A stretch of 64,000 bases of DNA from a virus (lineage: Duplodnaviria > Caudoviricetes), in IMG/VR virus record IMGVR_UViG_3300004448_000116, positions 2,188 through 66,187 of that record; one strand, written 5' to 3'. Positions 38,186 to 45,855 of the stretch are shown piece by piece; the first letter of the stretch is position 1; each line of letters opens with the position of its first letter. The notes under the pieces were generated by a model, which was given only the letters and a program-made list of their open reading frames with translations, had not been told where the DNA came from and ran no database searches. The translations under genes and the position numbers were made by a program.

Positions 38186-39847
38186 TCATAGAATAGCGTC
38201 GACCGCCAACATTTTCATGGTAAAATCGTACACATTGGATTGGCCGCTGTGCTCAAATTCAAAATCGGTGATAATGGCTTTGATACCGCCTTTTTTGAAA
38301 CCAAACTGAGTTGCCAAGAATTTATCACTGGCTGGCTTGGTATTGATGACTGACATCTTTTGACTTGTTGAAAACTTGCCATGAGTCAAAAAGAAATTGC
38401 GTTGAGCGAATGTTTCGGAAGAACTCTTACTGACAGTCGAATCATACGGTATCTGAACGCCGTAAATGTAGTCGCCTGCATTGTCCTGTGTGTAGCCCCT
38501 TAATCCACTCAAATTCTCTATGAGTGTGGCAACGGCCCCTTGCAGTGCGTTTGGGTTGGCGTAGTTGGAAGCAAAGTTCTGGCTATTGCCTACGATGCCA
38601 AATATGTCTTGCACCTTGTCGCCAGCAGATTTGACCTTGTTTCCAGCCCTGCCCCCGGTGAAACCTGTAAATTCATACTGAACTTGAGAGGGCAAAGTTG
38701 TATTTACAGCACCGCTGATTGCGCCAAGTTCTATGTCGGTCAACTGTGTGACAGTGACTAATGTTGGTTGATTTGTCTTTCCTGTGGAAATAACGGTGGA
38801 AAAAGCACTCGCCAACTCCCCAGAACCACCACTATTAAACCCACGAGAAGATACACCACCGACAGGGTCGGGCGTGACGCTGGTCAAAGCCTTACTTACA
38901 ATGTAAGCCAAAATTTCAGATGGGCTCGTTGCCGTGCCAACATCCCGTGAAGCACCATTGGTATGAGTAGGCTGTGTTGGGTCGAGTATGTGGCGAATAG
39001 GAATCCCAATCACAGGGCCAGTCGAATAACCATCTCTAAATGAAAGAGGCGTGTTGTACAGTTCAATCACATCGTTCTGTACAGGGGTCGCAAAAACAGA
39101 ATACAGAGTGATTGAATCTGATGTGACTGCTTTGACCTGACCGTAGGTGCCTTCGTTGAACTTACCTACGACTGATGCATAGTTTTGTTCAGCAGTCAGT
39201 TCAATCCACTCTCTTGGGTCTGCTCCGCTTACAGTGATTGTTTTGGTCGAAGCATTGAACGATGCCACGACCATATTGGTTTCTCGCTTACGGTTAGCAT
39301 AGGCATGCGGCTCTTTGACAGAGCCTCCTCGCTTAGCATCAAATATGAATTTGACATCCCTGCGTCCGTACGGCTCATCGGTCTTGTGCCAGTAAGCCAC
39401 CGGCATTGTGAAATGTTTGTCATGAAGCGAGGCCAAAAAACGAGCGTTAGCGCCGTTTTCTGTTGTTGGAGGTAGGGTAGGAAGTATTGAACCTCCTGCG
39501 TTCTGAAATTGGGAGAAGGCAAAGTTAGAATTGCCCCCCGTATCTCCTTGAAAAATAGGGCCTCCGGGTGTACCGCCGGGGGGATTATTGAAAGGGGTTT
39601 CTGCACCAAAATCAAACTTAGCCGTAGAAAATTCAGCCTTTTCTTGGCCTCTGTCGTCGATGAAGGTGCCGCTCATCTCGATAAGAACATGTGACATGTT
39701 GAGGTCAATGCTCGCTTTGAAACTGTCTGTAAAAGGAGTAGTCCATGCAGAAGACTGCTTGTCGACAACCATCTCAACTGTGTGCGCCGTCAAGTCGATG
39801 GTTTCACCATCTTCTCGGACCAGTCGGATTGGGAGTCGGTCTGCCAT
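38186..39847 (-). CDS. Putative distal tail protein (paralog 1)
   Basis: Follows the tape-measure position; KSAGDKVQD, QIPY, terminal 'YDFTMKMLAVD'. Confidence 0.6.
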   Translation of the reverse strand: MADRLPIRLVREDGETIDLTAHTVEMVVDKQSSAWTTPFTDSFKASIDLNMSHVLIEMSGTFIDDRGQEKAEFSTAKFDFGAETPFNNPPGGTPGGPIFQGDTGGNSNFAFSQFQNAGGSILPTLPPTTENGANARFLASLHDKHFTMPVAYWHKTDEPYGRRDVKFIFDAKRGGSVKEPHAYANRKRETNMVVASFNASTKTITVSGADPREWIELTAEQNYASVVGKFNEGTYGQVKAVTSDSITLYSVFATPVQNDVIELYNTPLSFRDGYSTGPVIGIPIRHILDPTQPTHTNGASRDVGTATSPSEILAYIVSKALTSVTPDPVGGVSSRGFNSGGSGELASAFSTVISTGKTNQPTLVTVTQLTDIELGAISGAVNTTLPSQVQYEFTGFTGGRAGNKVKSAGDKVQDIFGIVGNSQNFASNYANPNALQGAVATLIENLSGLRGYTQDNAGDYIYGVQIPYDSTVSKSSSETFAQRNFFLTHGKFSTSQKMSVINTKPASDKFLATQFGFKKGGIKAIITDFEFEHSGQSNVYDFTMKMLAVDAIL

Positions 39848-39848
39848 T

Positions 39849-40313
39849 TCAAATTCCTCTGTTCACGCCAGTGTTTTGCCTTGAGCCGCCCATTTTGGTG
39901 CGCAACTCTTTGGACACCATAGCACTGAGTTCCTTGGCTAATTTCTGCTTATCAGAGCGGTCAGTGACTCCGCTCACATCAATCTTGAGTGTGCTGATGT
40001 TGACATTGTGGTTTGTGTCAGTAGGCGTGGCCGGTCGTGTTGGAGCGACAGGGTCTGGTCGCTGACTTGGTTGCATAGCCTCCATACGGCTCTCTTCCAA
40101 TACACTCTGGACATTACGCATTGGCTCGATACTCTGCATCTGACGCAGGGATTCACGAAGGTCACGGGTGCGTGTATGTGACACATTCATGACCTTGTTG
40201 AATTCTCGGATTTGCTTCCTAAGCCCTTCCATGTTTTTGTGAGCCGCCTCGGAATACTCTGAGAACTTCTTGACCGAGTCAACAGTCCGAGGGTCAATGT
40301 TTTCGTCCACCAT
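39849..40313 (-). CDS. Miniature tape-measure-like protein, 154 aa
   Basis: Occupies the TMP slot; helical N-terminus and TMP-like C-terminus 'NVNI..IDVSG..LAKELSAMVSKEL'. Confidence 0.45.
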   Translation of the reverse strand: MVDENIDPRTVDSVKKFSEYSEAAHKNMEGLRKQIREFNKVMNVSHTRTRDLRESLRQMQSIEPMRNVQSVLEESRMEAMQPSQRPDPVAPTRPATPTDTNHNVNISTLKIDVSGVTDRSDKQKLAKELSAMVSKELRTKMGGSRQNTGVNRGI

Positions 40314-40319
40314 GCTTCA

Positions 40320-40586
40320 TCACTCCAAGGGTGGGATATAATCGTACCCCAAGTACACGGAGTCGGTTTGAGTTGCCTTCTCCTTTTTGCGCATAGCCAC
40401 AGCCCAAGCAATCAGTTGCCGAGCATCATCCGGTGTCAATTCCCTCACTTCATCCAGCCCCATTTTGTAGTGTGTCATCATCAGATATTCGTTCCCTTCT
40501 CTTTGTAAGCGAAGCCACTCATCCGTCTGCTTTCCAGCGACGAACTCATTTATGCTGGCGACTTCGCCTCCCGAAAACTCAGCCAT
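40320..40586 (-). CDS. Tail assembly chaperone, downstream (T-like) ORF
   Basis: 'YLMMTHYKMGLDEVRELT' pattern; overlaps the upstream ORF in the -1 frame. Confidence 0.55.
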   Translation of the reverse strand: MAEFSGGEVASINEFVAGKQTDEWLRLQREGNEYLMMTHYKMGLDEVRELTPDDARQLIAWAVAMRKKEKATQTDSVYLGYDYIPPLE

Positions 40587-40846
40587 TCTATGACCTGAAC
40601 TGGGTCAGGTACAAGTGATTGTAATTCGATGCCTTCCTCGACACTGAGTTGGCTCAGGGCTATGGGTTCACTAAATTGAAGCCACTTGCCAAAGGCAACC
40701 ATCCAGTATTCTGCTAAGTCGATGTCATCCCGTGCAAACAATGGGGCTAATCCTTGAACATCAAAAAAGGTCGGCGTAGCGACCGTGACTTCAACTGACT
40801 TGCCCTGTATTTCCATATTATGTTTCTTCACCGGTTTGGGTGTCAT
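40550..40846 (-). CDS. Tail assembly chaperone (G-like)
   Basis: Downstream of the tail tube gene, about 100 aa; alternative starts at 40855 and 40816. Confidence 0.55.
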   Translation of the reverse strand: MTPKPVKKHNMEIQGKSVEVTVATPTFFDVQGLAPLFARDDIDLAEYWMVAFGKWLQFSEPIALSQLSVEEGIELQSLVPDPVQVIEWLSFREAKSPA

Positions 40847-41072
40847 CGTACTCACTCACTGTGTCATTTGAGGTAGCCTCTTCCGAGGGGACCTCCGAAG
40901 CATCACCCTCTGGCTCCGAAGAGGCAGAGATGTGTTCTCCAAATGGTTTGTCTGAGGCTTTGCCAGCCTCTGGGTCGAATGTGTCTTTGAGAGGGGCCTT
41001 TTTCTTAGATGTTTTTGCCTTAACCACAACATCGCCTCGGGGGTGAAGTTGGGAAGGGGTCTTCATTGGCAT
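40818..41072 (-). CDS. Small disordered basic/acidic protein
   Basis: SD GAGGCGA after the tube gene stop; fills the gap. Confidence 0.55.
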   Translation of the reverse strand: MPMKTPSQLHPRGDVVVKAKTSKKKAPLKDTFDPEAGKASDKPFGEHISASSEPEGDASEVPSEEATSNDTVSEYDDTQTGEET

Positions 41073-41081
41073 AGGCTCGCC

Positions 41082-43121
41082 TCAACAATGGAACAGGGTA
41101 TCTGTGCTAATAACTTTGATGTGCTTTGGGTGCACCTTAATCTTGCTGTGAAGAAGCCCTTTATCGTCAGGTACAGGGATGGGAGCCTGTGTGATGACAT
41201 AGTCATCAATCAACAACCGCATCTGCTGGGCTCCGTTGCTGGCAGATGTGCTGGGCTTAGTGAAAAGCATCTCGATGATTGAACTGTCTGAGTTCACGGT
41301 GCCACTGACTTCACGATGTGTGCGGAGTTCGTGCCATAGGAGAGGGTCACGGATGATGACATCCATTTCCAACTCAAATTCTTCACGGCCTTCACGAATG
41401 ATGGAAGCGTTTCTGGTACCGCCGTATGGGACTTGCTTGATGGACCGGTTAGTGGAGTCAACGGTTTCTGGCACAGGCGTACCACCTACAACATGGAACG
41501 GCTCAACACCTGTCTTACCTCTCAATTCAAACGAAGAGATGTAGCCGATGTCTTGGTCGTATGCTTTGATGCTACTGTTGTAAAACATGAATGGCTTTTC
41601 AGAGCCCTTGGCTATGCCTGCTTCTTTGCGTCCCTTCGCATCTGTTGCTGTGTTTTGGAACAATCTGTGAGCAGTGTACCTGTCACCTGCATTGCTACTT
41701 TCCAGACGGCCAGTGTCAGTATAACAAGAGAGCGCATCAAAGATGCACCGGTACTTAACCTCAGCATCAGTAGTGGCCGTCAATTCCCACTCAACAACTT
41801 TGCATCCACGGAAGATACGAGTCAGTTGTTTTGAGTCAGTCGAGGAGCCGGGTGCGTTGCTGTTCTCCAAGGGGTACGAGCCTACATCACGATTGCGAAT
41901 GCTGTGCTCTATGCAGAAAGAAGGAACCGTTTCAGCAGAAAACAAGAGCCTACTGACCGGGTTTTGGATGCGCCCTGCATCATTTACATGAGGACTGCCT
42001 GTGGCGTTGTTGGAAGCAAATCTGAATGCATAGATACCGTCAGATGTAGTGTGTTCGTAATGAAGTGCATCATCAAGATAGCACCTGAATTTACTGCTTC
42101 CAAGGTCTTCGATGGCAAGCACTCTGCGTATTTCGCTGGTGACTGTTTGGTCGAAATGATGGCTCTCGCTCGTGATGCCTGAACTGCCATGAGCAGGTGG
42201 CCAAAATTGCGAAGATGTTCCTTCAACACCCTTGTAATAAACGGTTGGTGCGAGAGTAGCATCTTGGAAAAGAATGTAGTCACCCACTGCCAGAGTGTGG
42301 TCACCAAAACCCAAACCATTGACATCAGCGTAGGTCTGTCCGGGGACGACTGTGGCTACCAATGTGTTGCCCTTGCTATACCCGTTGGCAAGCAATGAGG
42401 TATCGTTGATGGTTTCCCTGCCGAGGCTGTAATACAGCCAACGAGGATTATGAAGAGGCATCTCTATTTGACCGCCTCTGTGGTGGACCCGTCCTGTTTG
42501 TTGCAAAGCCGCTTGTCGCCCAAGACCTATGATGTGGTGCCGGAGGAGTTCAACCTCAGTGTCGGGCAATTTCATGTGCGAAGCCAAGCCAATGAACTGG
42601 TCAATGGTCGATACCTCTTTGCTCGTGGTAGCGGCGCTGTTCATTGCAAAAGCAGTGTCCCCGCTGTAAATCGAAGGCAGTCCCAACGAATGGATAAAGA
42701 GCGAATCTCCAGCAGTGCTGGACCGATTATTTGTTGTGTGCTCCAGTGCAGGAACAATTTTGATTTGTGTTTCTGTACCAGAAAGCGTGTGGTCAACAAT
42801 TGAATACACCCTGCTGTCAAATCCGTCAGAATAAAAATCAACAAACAGACCCGTCGTTCCCGCTACCCCGGAGGGATGAAAAGTCAACTTTTGTCCAATA
42901 AGCATACCAAGAGGTACCTTGAGGATGGTTTTTCCAGATTCAAAGATAGTGACATTGTCAGAGCCCGCATTGGTCTTGAACGCCAATGTTGTAAAATCAG
43001 GGGTGCTGGCCGACCAAGTCGTCTGCCATGTGCACGGCTGACCTGATTGAATGTACAGTCCTGTTTCGTGTCCCATAAGGACTTCCGATACATCACCCTT
43101 GTACGCTTGGCCGCCAGACAT
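41082..43121 (-). CDS. Major tail tube protein with inserted domains
   Basis: Synteny after the terminator; 'PSFCIEHS..RIFRGCKV..WEL', 'EGREEFELEMD' tube-like strands. ATG 43121 preferred. Confidence 0.6.
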   Translation of the reverse strand: MSGGQAYKGDVSEVLMGHETGLYIQSGQPCTWQTTWSASTPDFTTLAFKTNAGSDNVTIFESGKTILKVPLGMLIGQKLTFHPSGVAGTTGLFVDFYSDGFDSRVYSIVDHTLSGTETQIKIVPALEHTTNNRSSTAGDSLFIHSLGLPSIYSGDTAFAMNSAATTSKEVSTIDQFIGLASHMKLPDTEVELLRHHIIGLGRQAALQQTGRVHHRGGQIEMPLHNPRWLYYSLGRETINDTSLLANGYSKGNTLVATVVPGQTYADVNGLGFGDHTLAVGDYILFQDATLAPTVYYKGVEGTSSQFWPPAHGSSGITSESHHFDQTVTSEIRRVLAIEDLGSSKFRCYLDDALHYEHTTSDGIYAFRFASNNATGSPHVNDAGRIQNPVSRLLFSAETVPSFCIEHSIRNRDVGSYPLENSNAPGSSTDSKQLTRIFRGCKVVEWELTATTDAEVKYRCIFDALSCYTDTGRLESSNAGDRYTAHRLFQNTATDAKGRKEAGIAKGSEKPFMFYNSSIKAYDQDIGYISSFELRGKTGVEPFHVVGGTPVPETVDSTNRSIKQVPYGGTRNASIIREGREEFELEMDVIIRDPLLWHELRTHREVSGTVNSDSSIIEMLFTKPSTSASNGAQQMRLLIDDYVITQAPIPVPDDKGLLHSKIKVHPKHIKVISTDTLFHC

Positions 43122-43125
43122 GTTA

Positions 43126-43566
43126 TCACGCACCCACTGGGTCAGCCAGTACTACGACCTCAACTTGAAAAGTGTGCCGGAAGAGTTTCTTCGTCCGGTC
43201 GCTCAAATCAGTTCTGGTCTTGAAGAGCATACGGTCAAAGTTGACGCCGTCGCCTTTCCTATCAGCGTGTATCAAACGACGCAGTTCATCTTCCATAAGG
43301 CGCAGGTGAGCACGGGACTTTGCTGTACGGATGTCAACAGTGATGTTGATGCGGGTCATGACAAAATTGTACAGGAGGTCGGGTACATCTTCGTTGTGCG
43401 CCGTTTCGTACAAAAGAACGAAGTCCGAGCGTTGTAGGTCCTGTCGCTTACCTCGTTCAGGCGTAGCGTCAGCAATGTCGAGGATGACTGGCTTGATGTT
43501 TTTTGTGTTGGCCCTGTTCCACTTCTCAAGCGTTTCAATAACGAGGTCGAGTGCTTCCTTTGCCAT
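43126..43566 (-). CDS. Putative tail terminator / head-tail joining protein
   Basis: 146 aa, between the adaptor and tube genes, 'ITVDIRT...FRHTFQVEV'. Confidence 0.6.
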   Translation of the reverse strand: MAKEALDLVIETLEKWNRANTKNIKPVILDIADATPERGKRQDLQRSDFVLLYETAHNEDVPDLLYNFVMTRINITVDIRTAKSRAHLRLMEDELRRLIHADRKGDGVNFDRMLFKTRTDLSDRTKKLFRHTFQVEVVVLADPVGA

Positions 43567-43575
43567 ACATAACCC

Positions 43576-45849
43576 TCACTCAAACACAACGACTTCTTTG
43601 TAGCGAGTCAAAATTGAATTGGCTTCCTTCTTCCACATCTCTGCCTTTTGTGCAAGCGTAATGTTCTGACTGCCTTCTGGGATGAGTACGCTTCTGTCGT
43701 CAGCCATGATGAGGTCGACGGCGACGAGTTTGGTTGCCGCTTCTTCGATTGCTTTTTCCAAGTACCGCTCGCCATAGATGTAGGATGCCTTGATTGCGTT
43801 GAACTCAAAGAACGGGTACGAGTTGTTGAAGTAAATGATACCCATTTCGTGGTCGAGCCACCAATCCTTAAGTCGTCCTTGGTCACCGCCTGCGTCTGAG
43901 AATGCACCGATGTCTGACTGGAAGAAGTATTGAGAAACCTCAACACCCTCTGTGTCTAACTGAGTCAGGGCGGCTGAGCCGCCTAAAGCGGCTACGCCTG
44001 TCAGTGATTTTTTGTCAACACCTACACCTGTGTAAGAGAACACTCTTGTCGCTGTACCATTTAGAATCATGAAAATTCCTTTCTTAGGCCAGTCATCAGT
44101 TGATGCAAAGGAGAATACTGTCGATGAACTGTCAGACCTTACACCCGCATAGGCCAGAACCCCCGTGTATGTTGTCGGAGTTGATACCCGAATGTGGTCA
44201 CCTACGAAAGAAGAAAAGGTTGCTATTTCTGTACCTGAAAGGGTGAAAATTTTAGCACCAGAAGAAAAGGTGTGTGACTTTGAGCCGGATGTTCTCAAGT
44301 AAAATTGATTGAATAGTGTAGCCCCGGCGCTCAATTTAGCAACAGGTGAAGAAAATGTCAAGGCAGGAGTTGAGTCGTTTGCCGTCACGACTGTTCCATA
44401 AGCGTCACCATTTGAATCGTGTATGGAAGAAGAATCTCCAGAAGAAAGGTAGCCAGAGTTTGTAATTGGTCTGTCGGTTGATGCAAGCAAAACCTTTAGA
44501 AAATCGTGTATTACTTCTCCAGTACCCGGTCTGTTGCCGGATGGGATTGCTTCTGCAAATGTAATTTGATAACCGCCCGAACTGCCCCCAAAGGAAGATA
44601 TGACGCCCATTAAGGCTCCACCTGCTGTAAAAACAGATTGACCCGTGGTAAATGAACTGGCGGGGTTATTGGCTCCACTTTGCAGGACCACCGTGGTAAA
44701 ACTACCTATGTACCCATTTACGGTTAGACTGGTGTCTGGTGCCGGGTAAGAAGCCACTGTTAATGCGTTGCTAACGGCTGTTAGTCCAGTAAGGTGATAG
44801 CCAATTGCTGTCGTGGTGGTGCGATTAGCCGTTTGGGAGATTTGCAAATTTTCTAAATCCGTTGCGGCGATTTGCAAACCTTCGCCGCCTTTGGTCTGAC
44901 GCATGCTTGTGACTTTCAACTTACCATTACCATAATCTGAATTGGCACTTGCCAACGCCTCATTATGCACAGCGATGTTATCGGTTGAGCCTTCCAATAT
45001 GAATGTAGGAGTGAATTCAACAGCAGTCTTAGACACACGGTCCTCTCTGTTGATAAGGTCGGCAAGATTCTGTGCTGTACTGACTTTGTCAAAGTCGGCT
45101 CGCCATTTGTTAGTGGCATCTGAACCTTCCTCCAAAGTAGCAATGCTACCGTTTGATAAGGCCAGATATATTTTTTCACCGGCTAATGCGTCTTCATTTA
45201 CGATTTCTATGCGAGCCTCTGCCGAGCCAATCTCACGATAGTTCTCGCCCTGCCACATCTCAATGCGCAAGATTTGCTGAACATTGCGGAAGAGCAGTGG
45301 GGCTGTACCAACATAGTCCGTAAAGTACCGTCGGCGGTATGGCTTGTAAGTGTCGAAGTTGATGTACTCGGCAACTACGAGGTAGGGTCGCCAAGCATTG
45401 TGAGTGTAATTGTCGATACGGTCCTGTATCTCTTTGATACGCTGTTCGACATGTGCTTTGGTCACGCCACGGCGCTTGGATGTGAATGACGCTGTGTTCT
45501 GTACATAGGTGTTCTTTGCCAAGGTGTATGTAGCGGCAGTGACTGTACCACTTTCAAAAGGCAACTTGACACCTGTGGTGTGCGTAGTAGGCGCAGATAT
45601 TTTCTTTTCAATACCCAAAGGGTCATCATCAGAATAGATGAAGATAGTGTCACCAGCACTGAACCCGTGTTCACGAAAGTCATTACCTGTGACAAACACG
45701 CCGTTTGTTGCAGAGTCTGCGCTTACGAGAACAGCCTCTCCCGGTCCAATACCAAGAAGGTCTGCTACCTTCTGTGCGCTCGTGTACACAATCGCTTCTG
45801 GATGCAGAGGGCGGGTTTCTGCTTCACCGGGACTGAATACTGCTGGCAT
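43576..45849 (-). CDS. Head-tail adaptor (neck) protein with a large insertion
   Basis: 'YTSAQKVADLL', 'IDNYT..AWR', 'IKASYIYG..IEEAATKLVA' adaptor patterns. Confidence 0.65.
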   Translation of the reverse strand: MPAVFSPGEAETRPLHPEAIVYTSAQKVADLLGIGPGEAVLVSADSATNGVFVTGNDFREHGFSAGDTIFIYSDDDPLGIEKKISAPTTHTTGVKLPFESGTVTAATYTLAKNTYVQNTASFTSKRRGVTKAHVEQRIKEIQDRIDNYTHNAWRPYLVVAEYINFDTYKPYRRRYFTDYVGTAPLLFRNVQQILRIEMWQGENYREIGSAEARIEIVNEDALAGEKIYLALSNGSIATLEEGSDATNKWRADFDKVSTAQNLADLINREDRVSKTAVEFTPTFILEGSTDNIAVHNEALASANSDYGNGKLKVTSMRQTKGGEGLQIAATDLENLQISQTANRTTTTAIGYHLTGLTAVSNALTVASYPAPDTSLTVNGYIGSFTTVVLQSGANNPASSFTTGQSVFTAGGALMGVISSFGGSSGGYQITFAEAIPSGNRPGTGEVIHDFLKVLLASTDRPITNSGYLSSGDSSSIHDSNGDAYGTVVTANDSTPALTFSSPVAKLSAGATLFNQFYLRTSGSKSHTFSSGAKIFTLSGTEIATFSSFVGDHIRVSTPTTYTGVLAYAGVRSDSSSTVFSFASTDDWPKKGIFMILNGTATRVFSYTGVGVDKKSLTGVAALGGSAALTQLDTEGVEVSQYFFQSDIGAFSDAGGDQGRLKDWWLDHEMGIIYFNNSYPFFEFNAIKASYIYGERYLEKAIEEAATKLVAVDLIMADDRSVLIPEGSQNITLAQKAEMWKKEANSILTRYKEVVVFE

Positions 45850-45855
45850 TGAACA

